This document shows positions 23,314 to 33,810 of a DNA stretch of 64,000 bases, piece by piece; the first letter of the stretch is position 1; each line of letters starts with the position of its first letter. The notes beneath the pieces are model-generated. The model saw nothing but the letters and a program-made list of their open reading frames with translations, did not search any database and was not told where the DNA came from. Source of the stretch: Scenedesmus sp. PABB004 (taxonomy: Eukaryota); assembly GCA_014905635.1 (NCBI GenBank), contig JABVCE010000018.1, forward strand, positions 434,001 to 498,000, read 5' to 3'. A program made the position numbers and the translations under genes.

Positions 23314-25389
23314 ATGGCGCTGGCGCAGCGCCTGGCGTCGGGCGGGCAGGCCTCCACCAGCGGCGGCGCAGCGCGGCGGCCGGCGGCGCCGCGCCGGCCC
23401 GCCCCGGCGCCGGCGCCGGGCCCCCGGCGGGGGGCGCCGCCCTGCCGCGCCGCCGCCTCGTGGCAGCGCCGGCAGCCGCCGCGGACGGCGGCGCTGAGGG
23501 CGACGCCGGCGACGGCGACTCGCCGCTCGAGCACCGCGACACCGTGTACGAGCGCCTGCCGCGCAGCGCGGAGGCGTACCCCGACTACGAGGACGAGGAG
23601 TGGGTGTCCCGCGTGACCAACTGGGAGTCGTTCTGGTACGAGGACGAGGACGTGCTGGACCTGGAGGAGGGGGGGCTCTCGCCGCTCGAGGCGGCGCGCG
23701 CCTCGCTCGCGCGCGCACGTGCGTGCCGCGCGGCCGCGCGTCGCGCGCCGGCGACGGCGCGCCGCGCCGCCGCGCGCGCGCGCCGACGCCGGCCGCGACC
23801 CGCACCCCGCGGGCGCGTCCGCCGCACCCGCGCGCAGGCGCGCTCGCGGGGCAGCTGTCGGACCTGCACAAGCGCGCCGACGTGGAGCAGATGATCGCGC
23901 CGCGCGTGCGCCCGACGCAGGGCTTCGAGGACATGTACACGACGGAGGAGCAGCACGTGGTGCGCGGCGCGCGGGCGCCCGCCGGGCGCCGGGCGCGCCG
24001 CCGCCCGCCCGCCGCCCTTTTGCCGCCCCCGCGGCGCGCCCCTCCACGCCGCCGCCGCCGCCGCCGCCGCCGCCGCTGCTCTCCGCCGCCGCCCTCCGCT
24101 GCTCCCCGCGCCAGTCTGAGATGGAGATGAATCGGCTCGACCCCAACCCCGACTGGGACGCCGTCGACGCGCGCGCGCTCGCGGAGAAGCGGCGCCGCCA
24201 CGCGCTGCTCGACGCCGAGTGGGAGCGCCAGAAGGCGCTGCTGGCGCGGCCGACCAGCTTCACGCTCCGACTCGACAACGACGCGCGCCTGCAGGCGCGC
24301 CGGCCGCCCGGCGCCCCGCGGCGGCGCACCCGCGCCGCCGCCGCGCGCGCCCGCGGCGCCCGCGGCGGCGCCCCGCCCCGCGCGGCCCCTGCTGCGCCCG
24401 ACGCCCGCCCCGCGCCGCGCCGCGCCGCCGCGCGTCTCGCCAGGGCGCCGACAAGGACTGGATCCGCGAGGAGTGGACGCACGAGCAGATCATGGACCTC
24501 ATCGTCGGCGGCGGCAAGTTTGTGCACCCAGACAAAGTCCCGGTGCGCGGCCGCGGCGCGCCGACGCGGCCCGCGCCCGCCCGCGCCCGGCGCCGTCGCT
24601 GCGCGCGCGCAGCCCGCCTCGCTGGCCGCCCTCACCCGCGCGCCCCGCGCCCCGCCGCCGCCAGGGCGTCGTGCTCAACCCGCTGCTGCCGGCCGACTAC
24701 GCCGCCGCGGGCGTGCGCGCGGTGCCCGACACCGAGGAGTTCCTGGCCGCCATCGGCCACCTCGCGACGGAGGACGAGATCGGGGCCCTCTCCGCGGGCG
24801 TCGCGCTTGGCGAGGCCGACTTTGCGGACCCGGGGCTCGTGTTTGAGGACGCGGGTGCGGCGGCCGCGCCGCGGGGGCCGCCGCGCGCGGGTGGCGGCGT
24901 GCGCGGGCGGCGTGCGGGAGGGGAGACGTGGGGGAGGCGCGCAGGCCGACCGCCGCCGCGCCGTCCGCGCCGCGCGCCGCAGACGGGACGCTGCACGCCG
25001 AGGCGCCGCCCAACCCGTGGGCGCAGCGCTCGCGCGCGCGCACGTCGAGCGACGTCGCGCTGTTTGAGGCGCTCGTGGACCGGCTGGCCGCCAAGCAGGC
25101 GGCGCGCGCGGCGCGCGCGGACGCCGAGCCCGGCGATGGCGACGCCGCGGCGGCGGCGGCCGCGGCCGACGCGGGCGTCGGCCCGGGCGCCGACGAGGGC
25201 GGCGGCGGGCGCGGGCTGGATGACTTGATGGGCGAGGGCTTCACCGCCTTTATGGAGGATGACCCGTCGGTCACCGTGTACTACGACGACAACGCTGGCG
25301 AGGACGGTGGCGGCGAGGACGGCGAGGACGAGGGCGAGTGGTGGTGGGAGCGGCAGCAGCAGCAGCAGCAGCAGGGCGGCGGCGCGTGA
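23314..25389 (+). CDS. Putative plastid-targeted acidic protein, weakly pTAC12/HEMERA-like
   Basis: Transit-peptide-like N-terminus (needs +1 nt near the C5/G6 runs at ~23421-23434). Coding exons include YPDYEDEEWVSRVTNWESFWY and EEWTHEQIMDLIVGGGKFVHP. Acidic tail. Confidence 0.6.
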
Positions 25390-25490
25390 GCGCGGCCGCG
25401 GCCGCGCGCGACGGACGCGCGGCGCGGGTGGTTACCCAGGGCCGCCGGCAACTCCTGTCGCGCCCGCCCGCAACTCCCGCCGCGCTCACA

Positions 25491-28328
25491 TCACGCGTAC
25501 ATCAGGTCCGCGTCCAGCCCGCCGCCCAGGCCGCCCAGGCCGCCGCCGCCGCGCTCGCGCATGACCAGCTTGCCCAGGTAGCTCCGGTCCAGCAGCAGCC
25601 CGTCCTGCACGCTCTGCGACGGCGCGGCGCGGGCGCGGGGCGCGCCGCGGCGGTCGGGCGGCGGCGGCGGCGCAGGGCGCGCGGCACGACCGCCGACCGC
25701 CGACCGGGGCGCGCCGGCGCCGGCGCCGATCCGGGTCACACGCACCTGGACCTGGCCTGCCAGGCCCATCACGGAGCGGATGGTGCCGTCGATGCGGCGC
25801 GCCATGTCGGCGCTGTTGTACTGCTCCGGGTCCTGCGCGCGGCGGGCGGGCGGGCGGCGGGCAGGCGCGGCGCGGTGGGCGGGCGGCGCGGGGCGGGCGC
25901 CGCTGCTGCTGCCGCACAGCGCCGCGGTGCGGCGCGCGGTGGGCGTGGCCGGCTGGGCGTGGCCGGCTGGGCGTGCCCCGCTGGGCGTGGCCGGCTGGGC
26001 GTGGCGGGCTGGGCGCGGCCGGCTGGGCGTGGCGGGCTGGGCGCGGCGTGCGCGGCGCGCGCCTGCATGAAGGTGACCATGCCGTCGCGGTCGTTGATGC
26101 GCGCAAACACCTGCCGGCACGACACCATCCTGCGGCGCGCGCGCGCGGGCCCGGGCCCAGGCGACACGGCGCGCGCGTCGGCGGGCGGCGCGCGCGCGCG
26201 CCGCGCCCCGGCCGGCGCGCGCGGGCGGCGCTGCGGGCACGCAGCGCGGGCGGCGCTGCGGGCGCGCAGCGCGGGCGGCGCATGCGCGCGGCGCCGCGGG
26301 GCGCGTCCGCGCCTGAGGATGACGGCCTCCGCCTCGGCGGGCCCGCTGAGCCCCGCGGCCTTGGCGATGTCGGCGAGGGAGAGCGTGACATACGTCTGCG
26401 TGAGCCGCTGGATCGTGCGCGCGGGCAGGCTCGCCAGCACCTGCCGCACCAGGCCCACGTTGCGGTCCTGGCGGCGGCCGAGGCGGCGGCGGGGGCGTGG
26501 GCGTGGGCGCGCGGCGGGCGCGGCGGGCGCGGCGGCGCGGCGGGCGCGGCGGCGCCGGGGCGCGCGCGGGCGCGCACCGCCGCAAACACGGCGCTGTGCT
26601 GCTCCGCCACGCGCGCGAGGCGGTCGTGGCTCTTGGCCGCGTACGCGCTCGCCAGGTCTGCGGGCCGCGGCGGTGCGGACGGCTAGCCGTTGAGCGGCGC
26701 GCTGCGGAGCGGCACGGGGGACGACGGGCCGCGCCGCGCCGCGCAGCGCCGCGCAGCAGCGGGCCCGCCCACCTGCGTAGGGCTTGGCGTCCGGCGCGTC
26801 GGTGAGCTGCCGCACCTTCTGGCTCGTGAACTTTGGCAGTGCCGGCACCGCGCCTGCGCGCCCGCGGCGGCGGCGGCGGCGGCGCCGTGGGGGCCGCGCG
26901 CCGACGCCGCCGCGCCCGCGCCGGCGGCACGGCGCTCGCCGCTGTAGCAGCGCCGCGGCGCCGCAGCAGCCGCACCGCTGTGGATGAGGCTGACCAGCAC
27001 GTACTTCCTGTAGGTCGCCGCGGTGATGGCGCTGCACACGTACGTCGGCGCGGTGAGGCCCTGCAGGAACAGCTCCAGCGCGCGCGCCAGCTGCTTGCGC
27101 CCTGCGGCGGCGGCGGCGGCGCGACGCGTGTGGGCGTCCGCGCCTTCCGCGCCCGCCGCGCCCGCGCCCGTGCGTGTGCCCGTGTGTGTGCATGTGCGTG
27201 TGCATGCGCGCGTGCACGCGCGTGTCGCGCCCGCCTCACCCGCGGCGACCATGCCGCCGTAGTAGCAATAGAGCTGCAGGTCGGTCGGCCCCACCGCCGT
27301 GCGGGTGGGGTCCACCTCCGTCAGCTCGCCGCCCAGCAGCGCCGCCGCGGCGCCGTACGTCTTGGCCAGCAGGCAGCTGCGGCGGAGCGCGCGGCGGCGC
27401 GGCGGCGCGGCGCCCGTCGGCGCGCGGCGCGGAGGGCGCGGCGCGAGGCGCGCGGCACGCGGCGCGGAGGGGCGCACGGCGCGGAGGGGCGCGGCGCGCG
27501 GGGCGCGGAGGGGCGCGGCGCGCGGGGCGCGAAGGGGCGCGGGGCGCGGAGCGCGGCGCGCGCACAGCTGCAGTACGTCGGCGTGGATGGGCGTGAGGTG
27601 CTCGGCGCTCGGCGCGAGGCGCTGCAGCGCGGCCAGCAGCGGCGCGACGCCCGAGCGCGCGGCGCGCGGGTCGCCCAGCAGCTGCTCCTTGTACTTCCGG
27701 CAGAGCTCGCAGACTGCGGAGACAGGGAGACAGAGGAGGGAGGGGGTGAGGCCAGCTGGCGCCGCAGCAGTCGCGCCGCGCCGGGCCTTGCCGCGGCCGC
27801 GGCCCCGCACGCGCCGCGCCGCGCTGCGAAGTGCGCCGCCGCTCACATGCGTCCGGCACGTGCTGCACCTGCGCCGCCGAGCAGCTGCGCAGGAACTGCG
27901 CCGTGTACTCCGCGAAGGCGCCGTCGGCGTTGGGGTTGGCCCGCCGCGCGTGCGCGTTCCTGCGGCCGGCGCGGCGCGCGGCGGCCAGTCGGCGCGCGGG
28001 CGCGCCTCCCCGCCGCGGCGCTGCAGCGGCGCTGCGGCGGCCGTGGCGCGACGGCCATGCTGCTGCCGCGGCGGCGGCGCAGCGGCCGGGGCGCGGTGGC
28101 CGTGGCGCGGCGGCGCGGCGGCGGCGGCGGCTGCGGCGGCGCGCACAGCAGGAACACGATGCCGACCGAGTGCTGCGCCGCGTCCAGGTGCTGCGCCGCG
28201 GTGAGGCAGTTGTTGGCGGGGTTGTCCAGCACGCTCTCGGCAACCTGTGACTTCAGGTAGGTCGCCAGCTGGCCCAGGCCCTCCGCCGTGGCCGAGAGCG
28301 CGGCGATGCTGTTCACCAGGGTCTCCAT
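25491..28328 (-). CDS. CSN3: COP9 signalosome subunit 3 (PCI domain)
   Basis: LTPIHADVLQ..CLLAK.Y, YCYYGGMV, YRKYVLVSLIH, IQRLTQTYVTLSLADIA, VFARINDRDGMVTF, DPEQYNS. Confidence 0.88.
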
Positions 28329-29060
28329 GGCGCGCCCAGCGCGCTGCGGGGCCCACCGCGCGCTCCCGGCGAGGCCAGACGCGCGATCTGCGGCGCGTCG
28401 AGGCGCAGGCGCGCCGCGCAGGGCGTGGCGCCCGGCCCGGGCGTCTGCTGCTGCTGCGCGCGCGGGCGGGAGGCGCGCGAGAGGGGCCCCGTCAGCGGTG
28501 GCGGGGCTGCGTCGGGGCGATCTCACCGGGCCTGATGCCCCGACGCGAGCGCTGCCTCGGCCGTGCGGCGGCGGCGGCGGCGGCGGTGCAGCGCGGCGGC
28601 GGTCTGCGCGGTCGCGGCGCGCCGGCTGCGCTGCATCCGCCGCCGCTGGCCCAGTCCCACTGCACGCCCGTAGTCGTCGCGCATCCCGCCGTCGCGCGCG
28701 CTCCAGTCGCTGTGTCCAGAGGTGCGCGCGCACGCCTCGCTGCCGCCCCGCGCGGCGCGCAGCAGCCGCTCCGGGGCCGCCAGGCGCCCGCACGGATCGG
28801 ATCGGTGGCGCGCGGCGCGCGCCGGGCCCTGGGTGCTGCGTGCAGCGGCCTCAGAATGCGCGCGGCCTCCCGCGAATTTGCCGGCCTCCCAGGGCCCGCA
28901 CGCCCGCCCAGCGTGCCGCCAGCCCCGGGCGCGACTGGGGAACGCCGCGACGGGGGCTCGGGCATCGCAATGCGCGCGCCGCTGCTGACCGGCCGCTGCC
29001 GCTGCCGCTGCCGCTGCCCGCCGCCTGCCGCCCGCGCGCCGCCCAGGCCGCGCCGCCAGG

Positions 29061-29183
29061 ATGACGCCCACCGACACCGTGGCCCTGGCCGTGTGCGTGA
29101 GCTGCTCGGTGATCGTCGTCGTGGAGTCGCTCGGCATCACCGCCGCCGCCGCGGCGCGGCGGCTCTTCCCGGGGCTGCACTGA
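29061..29183 (+). CDS. Candidate 40-aa single-TM microprotein (or last exon of a small gene)
   Basis: [40 protein letters not shown]; strong GC3 codon usage; preceded by ctgac branch motif and cag acceptor (29057-29059); TGTAA at 29554. Confidence 0.5.
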   Translation: MTPTDTVALAVCVSCSVIVVVESLGITAAAAARRLFPGLH

Positions 29184-29553
29184 GCGGCGATTGCGGCGCG
29201 CCCGGCGCGGCGTCGGGGGCCGCGGGCCGGCGCGCGGCTGAGCCTCGATGGGGGACCAGTGATCGGCCCGCGCCGCCTGGCCGCGGGTCGGACCAATGAC
29301 GGCGCCCGGCTCGCGGCGCTCGCGGCGCTGCGCGCCGCAGCCTCCGCGCTGTGCGCGCCGACGAACGCATGGCACCTCGCCCCGCGCGTGGCCGGCTTTT
29401 GATCCCGTCCGAGCTTTTTTGTGATGCCCCACCCTGGCGGCGCCTGCTGGCGGGGGTGTGCTCGCTCGCGGCTCTCGCGAGACCGGGAGCGCCTGTACTC
29501 AAGAAAATTTTGCCCACACTCACTCACATGGTGCCCTCTGTATGTGTACCCGA

Positions 29554-29558
29554 CGACG
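29554..29558 (+). promoter_or_regulatory. Putative TGTAA polyadenylation signal of the micro-ORF gene
   Basis: TGTAA is the known chlorophyte poly(A) signal. Similar motifs lie downstream of other genes at 30910 (+), 46248 (+) and 20821 (-). Confidence 0.4.
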
Positions 29559-30101
29559 CAACCTGTAACTCTCAGCGCCGCACGCGGCCCTGGCTCTGGA
29601 GGCACACACACCGGCGGCGGCCGGCAGCAGCAGTAGCGTCACTCGGCAGGCGGCCGGGCATCACTGCCGCCGCTGCCCCGCCCCACGATCCAGTCCCCGT
29701 CCGCCTCGCCCGCCACTCACAAGCCCTTCTCCGCTGCCTCCCGCGGCCTCCCTCGCGCGCAGCACCACACTCCACACCAAAGGTGAGCCCTCCCCGCCGC
29801 GCGGCGGGCCGCGCGCCGCGCCCTGGGCGCGGGCACATTACGGGCAGCGCGCTCGGCGAGCGGCAGGGGCGGCCACGGCCCGGGCGCGGCACTGGGCGCT
29901 CGATACTGCGCGGCGCACCACAGGCCCGGCCGCGGGCGCCCCGCCGCCCATTCGGCCGGGCGCGGTGCCAACCACGCGCAGCAGGGCGCGCCCGCGGCCG
30001 ACACGGCGCGGCCAGGCCGCTCGCGGCCGCGGCGGCGAGCCGGTGACGCTAGCTGCTGCTCACCCCAGCCCCGGCGCCGCCGCCCCGCAGTCAGTGACGC
30101 C

Positions 30102-30708
30102 ATGGCCAAGCTCGCCGCCGCCCTGGCCCTGGTGCTGGCCTGCGCCGGCGTCGCGTCGGCCTACCCGAGCTTCTGGGCCTCGGGTGCGGCAGCGGCGCGC
30201 GCGCGCGGGGCCGCCGCGCGGCCGCGCCGCCGCCCGGGGCGCGGCCCCTCTCCCCTCCGCCCTCACAGCGCCGCGCTGCCCCTCGCTGCGCGCCGCAGAG
30301 TACGCGCCGAGCTGCACGGCCGTGCCGACGGCGGGCAAGGCCTGCCACAAGGCTCCCATGATGGACGCGCGCACGGTCGTGAGCCTCGTGCCCGCGGCCG
30401 GCGGCGCGCCGGTCAAGACCGCGTGCGCGGGCAAGGCGTACACGGTCAAGATCTCCTTCCCGGAGGCCCGCCTCGCGTACCTCACGCTCAGCGGCGGCGC
30501 GGTGACGGTCAAGAACGCGCTCAACTCGGCCAAGTGCCCCAACACCTTCACCTTTGCCGCGCCGACCGGCTTCTCGCCGTCGCGCACCTTCTCCACCTCC
30601 GCCGTCGCGCCCGCGTCGGGCTCGTGGGTGGTGTCGGTCGCGTCGGCGACGGGCGGCTGCGCGCCGTTCATGATCACGCGCGCGACCGTGCCCGTGGCGC
30701 GCTGCTGA
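30102..30708 (+). CDS. Small secreted Cys-containing protein, Reeler-like beta-sandwich (1 intron)
   Basis: Signal peptide MAKLAAALALVLACAGVASA, then YPSFW..C..VP....H...ACAGKAYTVKISFP. Confidence 0.7.
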
Positions 30709-31396
30709 GCGGCCGCGGGGGCCCGGGGCGCGCGGTTCCTTCATTTCACACCCCCTCACCTGACTTGCCGCACCTGACTTGCGTGGTGCACACGACTGTG
30801 CACGTGGCTGGGTGACATCATCATGGGCTCACGGCCGTGCGACGGAACGGGGGCGTGCGACGCGCGGCAGCTGCCCCGTGCCGGGCGCTGACGCAGGGCT
30901 ATCTGCGAGTGTAAATCTGTGCTCGCTCGTGCGCGCGACGGCCGCGCGGCGCTGCGGTCGCCAGGTCTGGCTTGAGGGCGCTGCATGCAGCGAGCCGTCG
31001 GCGACCGGGCAGCGATTACCTGAACCCCTCTCCCCCTCGTTCGCGGCTGCCCGCTCAGTCAGCAGCTGCTGCAGCGCTGCACTCGCTCGCTAGCTCCGCC
31101 GGCACGTCGCGCCGCCGCCGCCGCCGCGCGCGCAAGCTGTGGGCTCGTGTGGGCGCTTGCGCGCGCGGCGGCGGCGGCGCGCGCGGTGCAGTGCGCACGG
31201 CACGCACGCACGCGTTGCGTTGCGCTCCGCCAGCTGGCTCTGCACCTACACGCGCACGCCTCCTGCTCCGCCCCCGCCCCGCCCCCGCCCGCTGCGACAG
31301 CGTTCCAGCTGCTGTGACAGCAGTCGCCGAGCCGCCCCCGGCGGCGCGCAGCTGCGCACCGCCGGCAATCCGCAACCTCAACCCTTGCGGTTGGAG

Positions 31397-31525
31397 CTAG
31401 TTGGTGTCGTCCCCGCCGTCGCGCTGCGCTCGCCGGCGCTGCTGCTGCTGCTGCTTCTGCAGCAGCGCTTCCAGCGTCTGCCAGGGGTTGAGCGTGGCGC
31501 CGTGCGCATACGAGCGGCCACCGCC

Positions 31526-31559
<34 letters not shown>

Positions 31560-33510
31560 GCGCTGCTCCGGCCGCCGGCCCCGCCGCCGCTCCCGCCGGC
31601 GCTCGCGCCACCATCCGGCAGCACCGCGACGCCGTCCGCGACCTCGAAGCGGGGCGCCGCGGGCGCCGAGGGCGCTGCGGGCGCCGCGGGCGCCGGCGCG
31701 CCGAGCAGCCAGGCCCAGAAGCCGCGCCGCGCGCCGGGCGCGGGCGCCGCGGGCGCCGCGTGCGCCGCGTGCGCCGCGTGCGCCGCGTGCGCCGCGTGCG
31801 CCGCGAACCACCGGTCGAGCGGCAGCGGCAGCCCGTAGTGCGCCTCGTCGCGGTCCAGCACCGACGCGCAGCCGGGGCGCCGCCGCTTCGCGCCGCGCCA
31901 GTTGTCGACCGGCCGCACGCCCGCGCGCGCCCACGCGCCGCGCAGCGCCCAGAGCCAGAGCTGCGGCGTCGAGGGGTGGCAGAAGTGGCTGCACTCCTGG
32001 CCGTCAAAGTTGGTGCGGTGGTACTCCCACGCCGTGGCGGTGGTGTTGTAGATGGGCACGATCGGCAGCCCGTACTCGCCCAGCACGCGGCGCGCCGCGA
32101 TGTTGCGCCACGCGCCCGCGGCGACGTACGCCGCGACGGCGTCGCCCTCGGCGGCGCGCAGCGCGCCGCGCGCGTCCATGCTCAGCCCGCGCACGGGCTG
32201 GCAGGCCCACGGGCCCTTGCGCACGCCGATCCAGGGCACCTTGTAGTCGCCGTCGGCGCTGTCAAAGTGCTGCGCATGCCGCGGCGGCGGCGCGGCGGCG
32301 GCGCGGCGGCGGCGCGGCGGTGCGTGGGCGGTTGTGCGACGCGGCACGCCGCGGCGCGGCGTGGGGGCGCTGCCGCCGCCGCGAGCCCGCCGCGCGCGCG
32401 CCTCGCCCGCGGCGCACCTGCTTGGGCGTCTCCAGCCAGAAGAGGTTGGGGAACTTGGCGCGCGTCGCCGCGAAGAAGCGGCCGAGCTGGTGCAGGGAGG
32501 CCTCGTATTCGGGCTGCTTCGTCTCGCCGTGCCACAGCCCAAAGTTGACGACAAAGAGGTCGTGCGGCGTCGCGAGCGACGCGTGCAGCAGCGGCAGCAC
32601 GCCGATCGAGGTGCGGTTGCCCGCCACAAACAGGTCGCCCTGGATCGCGTGCACCTGGCGGGTAGAGCGCGGGGGCGTCGGCGGCGGCGCGCGGGCGTCC
32701 GCGGCGGCGCGCCGGCGTCGCGCCGCTGCGGCCGCCCGCCGCGGCCGCCTGCCGCCGCGGCCGCCTGCCGCCGCGGCGCGCCTGGCAGATGCGCGTGTGC
32801 TGGGGCATGTGCATGCAGTGCGGCTCGCCGTAGCCGGGGATGGCGTCGAGCAGGTGCATCGCTGTGTAGTTGTTGCTCGCGTGGTAGGTGGCGAGGTCGG
32901 TGAACTCGACCATGAAGCACCGCAGCGCCTTGAACAGGTCCTTGCTCATCGAGTCGCTGCGAGGCAAAGGGGTGGCACGGGCGCGGCGCGGGCGGCGCGG
33001 CGTGGGCGGCGCGGCAGCGCGCGCGGCAGGTGCGGAGCTGCGCCCGCCGCCGCCAGGCTGGCTGCGCACGGCGCCGCACCCGACGATCCAGGTCGTGCGG
33101 CCGCGCATGAGGGCCCACAGGTCGCAGGGCGTCATGGTCAGCAGCTCGGCGTCGTCCTGGCCGAGCGTGCGCGCGAGGAACTGCTGCACCGTGCTCGCGT
33201 TGCAGAGCTGGTGCCCCCAGAACGGCGCCTTCTGCACGCGGTCGTCCTTGCGGTGCGAGCAGAAGCTGCTCCACAGCCCGCCGCGCTCGCAGTTGGGGCA
33301 GGGGCGGTCCCGGTTGGCGTAGATGCCGCCATACAGGTATGGCGTCTCCCGGCCCGCCCGGATGTCGGCCAGCGCGTGGCGGCGATAGGGCAGCGGGCAC
33401 TGCACGCCGCCGGCGCCCTCGGCCTTCTCCGGCGCTGCTGAAGCGCCCACGACCGCCAGGGCCGCCAGCAGCAGCGCCAGCGCGCCCGGGCGGGCGCGCG
33501 CAGCCCACAT
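31397..33510 (-). CDS. Secreted/Golgi SGNH-type PC-esterase / TBL-like O-acyltransferase, copy 1
   Basis: Signal peptide; RGRTTWIVG|DSM (GDS motif); NFGLWH; C-terminal ECSHFCHP (DCxHWC-like). Confidence 0.75.
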
Positions 33511-33810
33511 GCGCCTGCCTCACAGCGCGCAGGCCATGCCGCGGCGCGGGACGGATCGTGACGGCCGCCACTGACAGCGGTGAGGAGTGTGGGCGCGGGC
33601 AGGGCGGGCGCCGACCAGCGCAGCGACAGTTGGCGAGCCGGCAGCGCCCTGGTTGTCACAAAATGATTGGCCCGGCCCCGATCGCGACTCCACTCGAGCG
33701 ACTTCCTGAACGCCGCGCCGCGCCGCGGCGCCGGCGCCGGCCGCCCGCGCCGCCGCCGCCGCTGCTCCCGCGCGCTGGACCTGCGAGGTCGCTGCCGCTG
33801 CTGCCGCTGC

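Noticed and set aside
23420..23436. Frameshift or pseudogenisation of the pTAC12-like gene
   Set aside because: Adding one base in the C5/G6 runs gives a typical transit peptide (RRRLVAAPAAAA); a homopolymer sequencing error is most likely.
25940..26045. Short tandem repeats in introns (also ~2885-2935, ~3395-3465, ~27460-27550) as introner elements
   Set aside because: The units differ between introns and look like local slippage; no shared intron family was seen.
29258..29295. SECIS-like hairpin (GTGAT...GGAC) after a TGA-ending micro-ORF
   Set aside because: The stem is short, the quartet geometry and apical AA are non-canonical, and the read-through sequence is not selenoprotein-like.
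29395..29570. snRNA/snoRNA in an AT-richer patch
   Set aside because: No match to U1/U2/U4/U5/U6 or complete C/D box signatures; better explained as a 3'UTR ending at TGTAA.
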